Notes: generated by a model not told the origin, from the sequence alone. DNA of 64,000 nucleotides from Heteronotia binoei (GCF_032191835.1 NC_083240.1:40920001-40984000), one strand, 5' to 3'; shown: positions 28,293-40,627, numbered from the stretch's first letter. Numbers and translations are program-made.

Positions 28293-31200
28293 GGTATCTT
28301 TACCTTAACTTAAAAAAATACTTCCTGCCTTAAAGAATTTCCGTGGACGTAGCTGGTGAAAAGAGTCGTCGGTGATCGGCAGAGCTTTACGCTAGGGCGG
28401 AGTGAGTGTGCGTGGGCCTTTGAGTCATGGTGCGGCTGCATAAAAGCCCCTGGTGCTGCCTTGTCTGCTTGTTAGGTCCTTCTGTCTGTGCTTGTTCTGT
28501 TATTCTTTCTCTTCCTCCTGAGCCATAGGATCCAAGCCATAACCCTCAAAAAAACAGTCCAGTCAAAGGCTTCACTTTCCACAAAGTAGCACGGAAGGAA
28601 ATAGCATGGATGCGAAACCTCGTCGTATCACCTAGGAGCATCATCCTTTTTTTTGTTCTTCCGAGCAGCAAAGTTTTAAGGGGGGGGGCGATCTGGTAAC
28701 AGCAAGGCACATTGAGAGCAGCAGTCAGGGGACTGAATTGGGATCTGAACCCTGCTAGGTTGCGTGGGGGGGGGGGCGGTCTCAGCCCCAAATAAAGCAG
28801 CCTTGCCACATGGGAAGTGCTTTCCCTCATGCCCCCTCCCGCAGTGCTTGTACGTCTGAATCGTGCGGGAGAAGCAAATGGTGCTGGTGCTATGCTCACC
28901 AGGGCAGCTTCTGCAATGGCTTAGGTGGCTTCTGCCGCTAGAAATGTCAGATTTGGACATGCAGGTGATATTGGAACTGTCCGGGATGTTGCCATGGGGC
29001 AATTCCATACCTCTCAGGAAGGCCTACATTGATCCTAAGGCCTAACTCAGACAGGCAGTAGCTGCTTTTGCGTGGTGTGTGTTGGCGGTGGGGGGGGGAC
29101 ATAACGTGCTGTGGGAGCTCCTCGTGGGCCCCCATGCACACAAACCCATTGGGTGCAACTCCTCCCTGGGGAGGAAAAATCAGCTGAATTGTAGGCCATC
29201 CTAAGGAGTGCTTGCGCTCTGCCTGACGTTCTCAGGGAAGGGGGACACAGACCGTCGCTGCCCTTATCTGACCCACGCTTTGCTTGCGACTGGATAGCGT
29301 GCGGTTGAATGCGTGGCTGTTTCTGGAGAGCGTTGAGGCTGGCTGGCTTTTTCCCTCTTAGCCCTTCAGAATTAGGGCTGCCTAAAAGTGCTTTGACTCT
29401 ATAGATGTCAGACACAGCACAGATTCCTGCCCGCCCCACCCCCCCCCCCCATTTCTGCAGTCCGAATGGTCTGAAATAGAAGCAGTTGCAGTGACAGCTG
29501 GCACTTCTGTAAAAGTGAGATTCCCTGACTACCCCGTTAAGGAGCTCCGCTACTGAAGTCTCAGCGAGTCTCGGGTTGTAGAGCAGCAATACCCTGTATG
29601 GGGTTCCCCTCCCCCATAAAAAGGGATATGATCGCCCATGATCTTACCATTCTGTTCTGGCAGGATAAGGACTTTTCCAGTGGGCCTGGTGATAATATAA
29701 TTGGCAGGAAATGTGGCTAGGTGTGGTAGTTGGCATTTACTGTTGTTTCCAGCTTGACCATTTTACTCTGTGTTTCATGTTATAGTTTCATCCTCTTAAC
29801 TGTGAATCCTTTTTTTTTTTTTTTTTTTTGGAAACGCGACTCGGGACAGCAAGCACACACTATGCAATATGGGTTATCCTGTATTTATTTGTATAAAAGA
29901 AGAATATCCAAAACCTTGATTTTTGTGTATATAACTATTAGCGACACTATACAGTAGTTACCGAACTTCAAAGGGAGTGGAATCTCTTTCTCTGGCACAG
30001 CTGTATCAATCAGAATGCTAGCCTATGGAATGCAGTGGATATCGAAGAAACTTACAAGTGCTTTCTTTTAAAGGAAAATTGTCTTAAAATTTTTCTTGGG
30101 GTATAGCGATTTAAGATTTATTTTGTACAAGCTGTGCTTTTTTAATTATAATCTTGGGATTTTTGCTATAATTTGATTTTTTATAGATTTTTGTACTGTT
30201 ATATTATTAAAAAAAAATAACTGGGAGTAATACTTGGTAAGGCTAACCACATATTAAGTATTAAAACTTGATTAACTTGAATCCTGTTTTATTTCAGCCA
30301 GATTCACGATGTTGAAAGTAGTGGTAGTTCTGCAGTTCATTTTGAAGAGTACAGAAGTACGTTAAGTCATCTGGGCTAGGATCTCTCCCACCCATGATAT
30401 AATTTGGGGTTAGGGTGGGGGGGCATTTAAGCGCTCTCTGTAGAACAAGTGATGCTCTCGATTTCAGTTAACTTAGTAAACTGGGAAATGGTGGGAAAAA
30501 TCCTCTCCAGGCTCGGTATGCCTAACTGAAGCCTGTTTCACACATGCAAAGCAAGGCGGTAGAAACAGACTTTCGGTTTTGGATTTCAGCTTTGAATGAT
30601 GCCTCGCCTACAGAAATGGAAACCTAGCACACAGCAGGGAGAATTGTTCTGCCCTCCTGTCTGCTGGTGTTGCAGGAAGCTGGGAGCAGAGGTAGTTCGA
30701 AGATGCTCAGTCTGTTCTACCGCCTCGCTTCCCTGCATGTCTGAGCTAGGCTTGATATAGTAGACTTCATCAGGGTGTTGGTACTTGCTACAAACTCCAT
30801 TTTTAAAATAAGTTTGCGGTGAAATAGCGTCAGGTGGGCTAGACCAGGCCGGTGGAGCCATTCATCACCCACTTGCTACTCCTTCCACTGTCCTAATGGT
30901 CATACATCTTTATGAAATGGGGGATGACCCAAGTTGCAAAGAAATACAGCTGGCACTGGGGGTGGGGGAGTGGAAAGATAGCAGAGACAGCAGCTGAAGA
31001 TCTAGGGGCAGGGGGACTCATCTTGTGAAGATGAGGGGTTGTATTTTGTAGTGGGCTGGCTTCATAAACTCCTGTGTGCATCCTGAAGCAAGTTTGTGCA
31101 TCTCATTATTGTGAGTTTATAATTATATTGGCTTTTATCTTTCGGGAGCTGCTTTGGGGTATGTTTATCATGGTACAGTGGTGTAACATGATCTAGATTC

Positions 31201-31936
31201 TCTCCCTCACCTTTGAGGTGCTGTGGGTACTACAAATTATCAGGGGGTGGGGTGGAGTGGGAAGAACAGCCCGGACTATTCTCCAGGGTTATAAGATGGG
31301 TGGATTCCGTTTTGCCTAGAGGTCCTAACAGTCTAGTGACTTTTCTGGCTGAGGCCATCAGGGAAGGAAACTGCTCTAAATTTGAGCCACCGATTGTCAT
31401 TGTGACCTTCTCCCCTTTGCAACAAAGTGAACATAAACCTCCCAAATGTCCCTTCGCTCAAGGGGAAACCTTTCTTTCGAAGCCCCATTGAAAAGAAATT
31501 GGAGATTGGGCTTTAGCGGTGCTGATGAGCGATCATCTGTGAACTTGTATTAAAACCAGCATATGCACCTTATTTAGGGGTGAGCAGGGAAAAAAGAGGG
31601 TTTGGGTTTCATCTCAAGCCTATACATTATTGCGAACAATGCAAGTATCTTTGGGAAAATAACGTTTCTGCATTAGTGTCTGATCATTTGGGGAAGGGGG
31701 GAAAGGAGGGAGCCCGAAACGGGGGTGTGAGTGCATGGGTGGTTCTCATCTGTACCTTTAAAAAAAAATAAAAGAAGTGTTCTTTCTGCCAGACCCGAGC
31801 TGGTTTTTGTAACCATCTGTAAGAATCGCTCTACAGCTGCCTTACTCGGAATGGTATTGAGGGTAAATACCCTTTTCTGCATTTCATTCTGTACTATTTA
31901 CTGTAATGAAATATACTTGATTTCAGAACAAATGGA

Positions 31937-31953
31937 TGTAAATAGCAATTAAA
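31937..31953 (+). terminator. RPS6KB1: Candidate distal poly(A) signal (ATTAAA 31948-31953) preceded by a Pumilio element TGTAAATA
   Basis: tgtaaatagcaattaaa followed by a G/T-rich tract at ~31975-31990. Confidence 0.4.
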
Positions 31954-32984
31954 TGCAACTTTGAACAAATGTTATAGAGTGGGTTTTTTTAAAATTACAT
32001 TCATGTTTGTGCATCCCAAGCTGGCCTTCGTGATTTTTTTTTGTGGGCTGAGCAGCAGCAGCCATTGGAAACCAAAACATCCTAAAGTTGTTCCTTAAAT
32101 GGGGCAACGTTTCCTTTGCATTCAAAAATGGCTGATGTTGAATTGTACCCTCTATGGAAAGTTGTTTTAAAGGTGGTAGTTAAGGGAGGGGGAAGGGGGC
32201 TTTTCACCCATAGAATAAAAGGTCAGGGGCAACTTCCTCGATAAATGCTTGCTTCTTGCTGTCCTGCATCCGATAAGTTGCCATTTCTGGGACAGGAGGG
32301 GAATGGCTGCTCGCTGGTGACCTTTTAAATTCTCACAGGTACTCATGAGACCACTGGATGATTTAGTCTTCCTTTTGAAAGCCAAAGTTTCAGGGCTGGA
32401 GCATGTGCTCTGAAGGCAGGAAGACCCAACTCCCATCCTTGGCACCTTCACCTAAAAGAGCCACAGGGTAAAAAGGGTTGTGAAAGACCCTTGCTGATCA
32501 GGAACAGCAAGGACAACTGGGTGAATGTAGGCAAGATGGGGCAGGGACCATCTGACCTCATCGGGCAGCTTCGTAGGCCCAATTTGTCAGGTTCTTTTAT
32601 CAGTCTGAGCCGTTGAGTGTTGAGAACGAATTTGAAAATGATACCCACCGTGGCTTGCGCAGAATACTTCTCAGATGCATGAACTTTTGGAGGTGCCACT
32701 CTGGTGCCAGCAGATGTGGCTGGTGAAAGTATACTACGGCACTGCAATATTAAGGCTGCAGTCCTGCGTACCTGTGAGTGCTTCAGTGTAAGAAGCACAT
32801 GAGATGGTGCTGCGTGCCTTGGAACGCGATGCACCGCTTATAGGCCTGACAGTGGCACCTTGCCGCAACTGAGGCACACCTATCAGTCATGCTACAAAGT
32901 ACGGTGAAGTTTCCTGTGGCGGAAAATGGACAAAATACACAAAGGGGGGCACGAGGAGGGTGTTCCATAGATTTATAAACTACA

Positions 32985-32990
32985 TTTATT
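32985..32990 (-). terminator. RNFT1: RNFT1 poly(A) signal AATAAA
   Basis: tttatt on +, ~530 nt past the stop; U/GU-rich tract downstream on - strand (ttt gtgtattttgtcc). Confidence 0.6.
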
Positions 32991-33519
32991 CTTGCCAACT
33001 TTCAGGTCTATTACAACTTTTTTTTTAAACAAAATACCAGTTAGTAGATACATGTCCTCTTTTAATTTTGCTCCTTGTCAAAATATAACGCCAAATAGGG
33101 TTTTGTTTTTTTAAAAAAAATAGACTTCAAGGAATAAACATCCATGTTTACATCACTGAAGTAACTCGGCAGTAAGAGAAGAAACGGGACAAGAAGTGTG
33201 TGAACAGGAAGGCGCCACTGAATCCTGTGAGGTGCTGCTGAATCCTATTGGAGTAGGCACCAATGCTATTCTTATTACTTCCGGGGCAATGCTTGGAGGA
33301 TCCTGTTGCTTTGGAAGCCAGCCAGCCCTTGTGTGTGAAATGCTGACTTCAGTCAGGTTGCTGTGTGGCACGTGCACTGCCAAAGATTTGACTGTGTACA
33401 AATCAAGCAGTGCAAGACCAGAAAAGTGTCAGGCCCAGTGCCAAATACCCGCCCTGCCTTAGACTGAAAGCCCTTGTATTCAAGCAAGTTACCCGGTGAA
33501 TCGAAGAAGCCATGAGCTT

Positions 33520-33654
33520 TTAATAGATCTGTAATTGCACAGAAGTCGCCCCGTCTTTCCACTTGTTGATGTGATCTGAGATGACTGTTCTGCACAGAGG
33601 GCAGCTTCTCTCTCTGTTGAACCACAGAGCTATGCATTCTTCACAGAATATGTG
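33520..33654 (-). CDS. RNFT1: RNFT1 last coding exon 9 (HIFCEECIALWFNRERSCPLCRTVISDHINKWKDGATSVQLQIY*)
   Basis: ttgcag| acceptor; 135 nt with TAA; second half of C3HC4 RING. Confidence 0.97.
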   Translation of the reverse strand, partial: HIFCEECIALWFNRERSCPLCRTVISDHINKWKDGATSVQLQIY

Positions 33655-35061
33655 CTGCAACGAAAAGGACCCGATTGGATTCGTTAGCATGTGGAAAACC
33701 TGAGTTTGAATAGATGTTGCTTAGCTTAAACTGGTGGCCCTGGTTGAACTGGTGTAGAGTGGTTGTTTTCATACCTCCCCCATTTCAGCCATCCCTTTCC
33801 CTGCTGATTTGTCTGCCACGGAATTTAGTGAATTACAGAGAATTCTGGGGCTGCTGTGTACAGTGCAAAAATGTGCCTACCCCTTTCCTGTGACTGCAAC
33901 GTGAAGGACCTGTGCTTCTGAAGGACACTAAACTACCTTTTGGGGATTGAGTATTAAGGCAGCTTTGTGTGTTTGCAGGAGCTTTGCGGGGTTTGCTTGC
34001 CATTACTGGTCTTCTCTGTGAGAAGCCGCTTGGGGGTTCCCTCAGAACACCATTTGAAAAACCAAACATTTAGAAGAATATGTTGAAAAAAATCTACAGT
34101 TTTTAGTACTTCAAATCCTACCTGTGGAGTCAGTGACACAGCTGTGCTTGAAATCTCAAAGGGAATGAGGGGAGAGACTAAATTTGGGAGGGAAGGAACC
34201 TTTTTGGAGAATTTATCTATGGTATTTACGTATATCCCTCTTTCCTATAAAAAATTGTACTCAAGGTGGCTTACCTAAAGAAATACCTGACAACTGCAAT
34301 ATTAAACAGGTAAATCCATCTAAAAAGCAGCCAGGTATGTTGTATGTTCCAGCTAAACATGAAGCAAAGGGTGGGTGGGTGTTTGGGAAAACCTCCTAGC
34401 AGATGTCTAAACTCCGTTTCCGCTACCTATGGATAGAAAGCCCCTGTTTTTGGAGATGATGAAGCTGTTTGCGGAAGCAAAGACCAGGCAGGTGAACAAT
34501 GTTCTTTCCCCCCCTCTTCTAGTCCAGAATCAGCCAGTAGAATTTATAGAGCCTCCAATAACCCCATCACCAACTGTTCCTAGGTACACTGTTCTGAATG
34601 GAATTCTCTCCCCTCGCCATGATTTAGTCCATGAGAAGAAAACAAAAAGCAGGAGAGAGCAAAAGCCTTGTAGGGACTGCCTATCTTGTCTTGCTGAAGC
34701 TAAGCAGATCTGGGAACTGGTCATGCCTGGACAGGAGACTACCCAGCAATCCTAAATAAGCTATTTCCTTGAGATGCGATACAAATGCAATCCAAGCCAG
34801 TAACACAGCCACATGGGCTCCAACTGTGAATACAGTGGGTGTGCAACCCTCATGAAAATACGCAGTGAACACACAAAGCTGCCTTAATACTCAATCAGAC
34901 CTTTGGTCCGTCAGAGTTGCCAACTCAAGACTGGCAGTGGCTCAGATTTTTCACATCACCTATCTGATCTTTTCAATTGGAGATGAAACCTGGGACCTGG
35001 CTGCAAATCAGGTGCTGTACCGCTGAACCAAGGCTCTCCCACAATGCTCTATCCTCTAAGG

Positions 35062-35473
35062 CAGGGGTGTCAAACATGCAGCCTAGGGGCCAAATCAGGC
35101 CCACGAACAACTCGCTGTCATCTGCTTCCTTCTCCCTCCCTTTTGCCTCATTCTGCTTCACTGCTTCCTTTGCCAGGCTTGCTCAATCACACAGGAGCTA
35201 CAGAGCAAAGCTCCTCCCTTGGGGAGGAAGTGGGGGAAAGAGAGCTAGTTTTGCCAGGCTCTCTCAGTCACACAGCAGAACTACTGAAAGCCTTTCTACC
35301 TTCTGTTAGTCGAGGCTCAGCAAGCCAGTGAGGTGGATTAGGTTAAACTGTGTGTGTGTGTCTGTGTCTGTGTCCTTTATAAATTGACCTGGCAATTACA
35401 TTTTATGACACATATGGTCTGGCCCGACAAGGTCAAGATCTTGTCCTCATAGCAAATGAGTTTGACACCACTG
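35062..35473. mobile_element. hAT (Charlie-like) non-autonomous element
   Basis: TIR caggggtgtcaaac/gtttgacaccactg; TSD ctctaagg/ctctgagg. Confidence 0.85.
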
Positions 35474-35692
35474 CTCTGAGGGAAGAAATGCTAAGTTTCT
35501 ATGACATAACCAGAATATATAGCATGTTTAAGGCGCTTTATGAGAATATAAGAAAAGCCATATTGGATCAGGCCAACGGCCCATCCAGTCCAACACTGTC
35601 ACCTAGTGGGCAAAACCAAGTGCTACTAGGAAGTCCCCCAGGAGGGCCAGAACACCAGAAACCCTCCCACTGTCGCCCCCCTACGCACCAAG

Positions 35693-35932
35693 AATAGAAG
35701 AAGACGACTGCAGATTTATACCCTGCCCTTCTCCCTGAATCAGAGACTCAGAGCGGCTTACAATCTCCTATATCTTCTCCCCCCACCACAACAGACACCC
35801 AAGGACAACTCCTGCAATAACTATGGCTGACCCAAGGCCATTCCAGCAGCTGCAAGTGGAGGAGTGGAGAATCAAACCTGGTTCTCCCAGATGAGAGTCC
35901 ACACGCTTAACCACTACACCAAACTGGCTCTC
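35693..35932 (-). mobile_element. Squam3-like tRNA SINE (internal deletion)
   Basis: Match to sibling copies. Confidence 0.85.
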
Positions 35933-36161
35933 AGAGCATCACTGCCCTAGATACCCATATATAATTTTGTAAACCTCCATAATGTCTGCATTAGAGACAA
36001 AAAAACCCCCTGCAATAATATTTGCAGAGATTACGCATCTGCCATTTTGAAATACCAATTTGTTCCTATGCTGACTTCAGCCATTTAGTGCCACTGCCCC
36101 TCAGGTGGTTCCCCAGCTCTAGAGTCCATTGATGAGCCTGCGGAAGACTACGGAGTGTTAC

Positions 36162-36263
36162 CTGGCAGATGAGAACGACGGGCTTCTGGAACTCAGCTTG
36201 GCAGATGGAGCAGATGTCATCTGCGTCGGCGCACTGCCTCTTGCTGGCGGCCACACCGTAGCT
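36162..36263 (-). CDS. RNFT1: RNFT1 exon 8 (SYGVAASKRQCADADDICSICQAEFQKPVVLICQ)
   Basis: ctgcag| and |gtaaca; 102 nt; first half of RING. Confidence 0.97.
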
Positions 36264-37086
36264 CTGCAGAATGGCAGAAGGGAGAAGAAAGGTTGGTGCT
36301 TTTAAAAAATACTTCGCAAGGAAGTATTTTTTAAGGATGCAAGGAAGTCAGTCCCGGCTCAGCTGAGGTTGGAAGGATGCGGCTTCGGCACTGGGGAATT
36401 CTGACAGGCGGGGGTGGCACGAGATTTGTTAGTATAAGCGAGAGCATTATTGCTCACAACGGTGTCAGGTAGGATGTCTCATATTGCAGATGGATGGATG
36501 GTTTGAGATCGCGGCTTGCCTAGAACAAAGGTGAGATTTGAAGTGGGTTCCTCCCTGCGTCACCTTTGCTAGGACACTAGAGTAGCTCTCAAAGGATAGA
36601 TCCCTTTTCCAACAGAGCATGCAAGTTGCCAGTTTTACGTACAGCACAGCCATTCTGAGGTGCTGAGCGGTATACCCCGCTCCTGCAGCACTGGGGCCAA
36701 ACAGTCTTGCTTATTGCAAGGGCTTTTCATTCAGGATACTGAGAAAACAGCTGTTCCTTAGGTCAAGGGGCTTGCAGCCCCCTGTGGGCATGAACATCAG
36801 ATGTAACCTGGGGATGGCATGCCCTGTGCAGTTCCCAGCTTTCCTCTCCAATCGATTCTTCTTGCTTGGGAAGTCTCAGGGTATCTTAGCTGCTGTTGCT
36901 CAGAGCTCAGCCACTGGGTGTTCCCACGGGCATAATGGTAGATGGGGGCGGTGACAGACAGACTCCGCCTTGCTGCTGGCCCTCCCAGGAGCTAAAGCAC
37001 TGAATGCTCCTTTTTCTCTTGGCTTCCAGGGTCTCCTTAAAGGCAGCACATCAAGCCTTGCATGGCCTAGGTGGTGTGGTAGGGAA

Positions 37087-37316
37087 GGAGAGCCAGTGTG
37101 GTCGAGTGGTTAGAGCGGCAGACTACAACCCTGGACGACCCAAGTTTGAATCCCCACTTCTACCACGGAAGCCTGCTGGGTGGCCTAGGGCCCATCACAA
37201 ACTCAGCCTGGCCTACCTCAGGGGGTCGTTGGGAGAGAATGGAGGAGGGGAGAATGATGTTCTACAGACGCTTTGAGTCCTGCTGTGGGGAGACAAGCGG
37301 GATGTAACTAAATAAA
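37087..37316 (+). mobile_element. Older tRNA SINE with L2-type tail
   Basis: gagccagtgtggtcgagtggttagagc...gtttgaatccc; tail gcgggatgtaactaaataaat. Confidence 0.65.
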
Positions 37317-37541
37317 TGCAAATGCGGCCTCAGATGGCATCCCTTGCTGAGCCATCACAGACTCTTCGTCTTAGACCTCACCACTATTCCCGCAGCCACT
37401 GCTCTCAGAAAAAGCTGTCTCAAGTAAGTGAGATTTTGTACAGCTGCATGGACGTCCTAAGAGGATGGCATTTTCCAGCTTGGCGACTGTTCCCTTCTCC
37501 CACCCTGGGGGTTCTAGAGTCTGGTTTTTTTCTGTACTCAC

Positions 37542-37607
37542 CGGTTGGGAATAAAATACTCTTAGAACCTGCCTGAAGTGCTTCAGGTGTGCAAAAAAGC
37601 TCAAAAA
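37542..37607 (-). CDS. RNFT1: RNFT1 exon 7 (FLSFFAHLKHFRQVLRVFYSQP)
   Basis: tttcag| and |gtgagt; 66 nt. Confidence 0.95.
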
Positions 37608-37714
37608 CTGAAAGGCAAAAAGAAACAGGAACAACCGCACTTAGTTTCTCTTTTGATCGTTTTTGGTAGAGAAATTCAGCAGCAGAGAATTTCACAAACT
37701 TAGCACTGAATTAC

Positions 37715-37873
37715 CTTTAGGGTCAGATAGAGCAGAGCCAGTAAGATGCCAAGACTCCATCCGAGCATGGTTTCCTCCTCCTTCAAGCCAACAAGATAGC
37801 AGAACCAGACAGGGATAGGGACAATTTTTCGGTAATACTGGCAGATTTCTTCCAGCAGCATATACCAGTAACC
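37715..37873 (-). CDS. RNFT1: RNFT1 exon 6 (GYWYMLLEEICQYYRKIVPIPVWFCYLVGLKEEETMLGWSLGILLALLYLTLK)
   Basis: ctgtag| and |gtaatt; 159 nt; transmembrane segments. Confidence 0.96.
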
Positions 37874-38003
37874 CTACAGAGGGGAGAAAATTCTCCTGAT
37901 TATATGCTGAATCCAGTAGATGTTTTCTAGATGCTAAATTCCTCAGTTACATCAGACAGCTCTGTTTCTTGAGCTATCTTAGCAGACAGGATAATATCAT
38001 AAC

Positions 38004-38193
38004 CAGTGTTTCCTCTAAGCTGCAGTCTTGTAGGCAAAAATTCTATTTTGTGAGCTAATGGCATTAAAGCTGTGAGCTGCTGCATAAATTAATGTGCTCT
38101 GGGGTCATCCTTCCTGAGCTAAGACAAAAATCCGAGCTGGAGGCTAAAAATCTGTGAGTTAGCTCACTCTAACTCAACTTAGAGGGAACATTG
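38004..38193. mobile_element. hAT MITE family 1
   Basis: Same TIRs as 2006-2199; TSD 6/8 match. Confidence 0.85.
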
Positions 38194-38774
38194 GTCATAA
38201 TACTATTTAGCCAATCACATTTGGTTATGTGCTGTCATCACACAAGATAAATTAAGCCCATTTTGAGTGAGGGCAATGCTTACTACATCAGTCACATGAA
38301 TAATACTGGACAATGAGGAATGGCCAATGATGGCAAACCCCACCCCACCCCACCCCCCAAGTCACAGAGGGTGACTCCCTTTGGGAAATATTCCCACCTT
38401 GAAGATAAAACAGATCCCTTACTGATGGGTAGACCCAGAGGAAAAATGGCCTTTTGGTGGGGGGAGTCACCCCTCCCATTTTTCCAGCAGAACTGGCAAT
38501 TTGGGGGAGCAAATGAAAAACACTTCATTTGTTCTTCTCTTCTGGAATGAGCGAAATGCTTTTACAAAGACTTTACTCACTCTAAATGTGTAGCATAAAA
38601 ATGTCCATGTAAAACAATCAACGCCATTAGAGAATAACTCCTGTTTATACTACAGCAGAAAAGAGCCAGAGTCCAGGAGCACCATAAAGACTAGCAAAAT
38701 TTGTGGCCGGGGAGGAGCTTTCGTGAGTCACTACTTTTGCGATTTAATTTTAACCCTATCTCACGAAAGATCAT

Positions 38775-39597
38775 TTGTTGTTGTTCAGTCGCACAGTCCA
38801 GCTCTTTGCGACCCCATGGACCAAGAAGAAGATGATATTGGATTCATATCCCGCCCTCCACTCTGAAGAATCTCAGAGCGGCTCACAATCTCCTTTACCT
38901 TCCTCCCCCACCACAGACACCCTGTGAGGTGGGTGGGGTTGAGAGGGCTCTCACAGCTGCTGCCCTTTCAAGGACAACCTCTGCCAGAGCTATGACTGAC
39001 CCAAGGCCATGCTAGCAGGTGCAAATGGAGGAGTGGAGAATCAAACCCGGTTCTCCCAGATAAGAGTCTGCACAGTTAACCACAACACCACTACACCAAA
39101 CATGCCAGGCCCTCCTGTCTTCCACCATCCTCCGAAGTCTGCTGAAATTTGTGTTTGTTACATCAGTAACACTGTCCAGTCATCTCATCTTTTGCCTTCT
39201 GTCTTTCCCAGCATCAGGGTCTTCTCCACTGAGTGCTCCCTTCTCATTTGGTGGCCAAAGTATTTGAGCTTCAGCTTCAGCATCTTGACCTTCCAGGGAA
39301 CAGTCTGGGTTGATTTCCCTTAGGACTGACTGATTTGAGAGTCCAAGGGACTCTCAAGAGTCTTCTCCAGCACCACATCTCAAAAGCATCTATTCTTCTG
39401 TGCTCAGCCTTCCTTATGGTCCAGCTCTCACAGCCATAATTACTACTGGGAATACCATTGCTTTGACTATATGGACTTTTGTTGGCAGGGTGATGTCTCT
39501 ACTTTTTATTATACTGCCCAGGTTCACCATAGCTGTCTTCCCAAGGAGCAAACGTCTTTTAATTTCATGGCTACAGTCACCATCTGCAGTGGTCATA
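38775..39597 (-). mobile_element. Bov-B (RTE) LINE 3' fragment with a Squam3-like SINE nested at 38822-39100
   Basis: ORF 39414-39608 ADGDCSHEIKRRLLLG...SRDITLPTKVHIVKAMVFPVV; tail gcgactgaacaacaac. Confidence 0.92.
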
Positions 39598-40018
39598 CCT
39601 TGCCACAAATTTTGTTAGCCTTTACAGTGCCCCTGAGCTCTTGCTCTTTATTACTGCTAAAGACAGATTAACATGACCCCCCCCCTCCATCTTGATCTAT
39701 CTGTGAATGCTACGGATGTACACAGCACTATTTTCAAGGATATCTTTATTGTTTAGGATATATCCAGGGGGGCAGCCGTGTTGGTCTGAAGCAGTAGAAC
39801 AAAGCAGGAGTCAAGCAGCACCTTTAAGACCAACAAAGTTTTATTCAGAATGTTAAGGACTAATTTTGCTCACAAAATGTGTGATACGACACTATTGAAG
39901 AGTTCAATGTTCAATAGCTTTTTTCAAAGACTTCAGGTTTTCACGGCTGGCATCATCATTAGGGTTTGTAGAATCTTTCGGGCTCAAGTGCCATGTTCTA
40001 ATGGAGAAAGTTTTTCTT

Positions 40019-40059
40019 CCAGACGTTTCGTTGTCGGCTGCGGAGAACATCCTCAGTGG
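40019..40059 (-). ncRNA. Minimal hammerhead ribozyme, sense to RNFT1 intron 5
   Basis: cca CTGAGGA t gttctc-cgcagcc-gacaac GAAAC GTC tgg; one stem II mismatch. Confidence 0.7.
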
Positions 40060-40195
40060 CGTTGCAGCCGGAGCAGGAGCTCTAACCTTCTTGGCTGCTG
40101 TGCATTGAGTCATTGAGTCAATTGACCTTCTTGGCTGCTGTGCATTGAGTCGCACAGCAGCCAAGAAGGTCAGAGCGCCTGCTCCGGCTGCAACG

Positions 40196-40236
40196 CCACT
40201 GAGGATGTTCTCCGCAGCTGAGAACGAAACGTCTGG
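40196..40236 (+). ncRNA. Minimal hammerhead ribozyme with GUC cleavage triplet
   Basis: cca CTGAGGA t gttctc-cgcagct-gagaac GAAAC GTC tgg; all core nucleotides and stems intact. Confidence 0.82.
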
Positions 40237-40445
40237 AAGGAAAACTTTCTCCAGTAGAACACGGCACTTGAGCCCGAAAGATTCTACAAACCCTAATAAT
40301 AGCTTTTTGTTCAAATATGATGCTGGTCTTACTGTCTCCCTCCAAGTAATACACTTTTGTCCACTGCCGCAGATGGCTGGAGCAACCCAAGCAGGGCCTC
40401 TGAAGATGACTAGACTAGGTTTGTACTGGAGAAGACAGTTATAAA

Positions 40446-40627
40446 CAGGGCTTTTTTTGTAGCAGGAACTCCTTTGCATATTAGGCCACTCCCCACTGAT
40501 GTAGCCAATCCTCATGGAACTTACAGTAGGCCCTGTAAGAAGAGCCCTGTAAGCTCTTGGAGGACTGGCTACATCAGGGGTGTGTGGCCTAATATGCAAA
40601 GGAGCTCCTGCTACAAAAAAAGCCCTG
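40446..40627. mobile_element. hAT-type MITE (TIR cagggctttttt)
   Basis: Fold-back structure; siblings at 53227-53408 (8-bp TSD) and 51252-51420; related pair near 62.1-62.4 kb. Confidence 0.8.

Larger units (their letters stand above)
39924..40297. mobile_element. Penelope-like terminal repeat in inverted duplication
   Basis: Palindrome 39958-40297; 11-bp TSD aatagcttttt (39913-23, 40298-308); PLE-type end gatgccagccgtgaaaacctgaagtct on - strand. Confidence 0.8.

Noticed and set aside
39904-40599. 231-aa ORF on - strand
   Set aside because: It runs across a MITE, unique intron and the PLE palindrome, with no coherent domain; the frame is open by chance.
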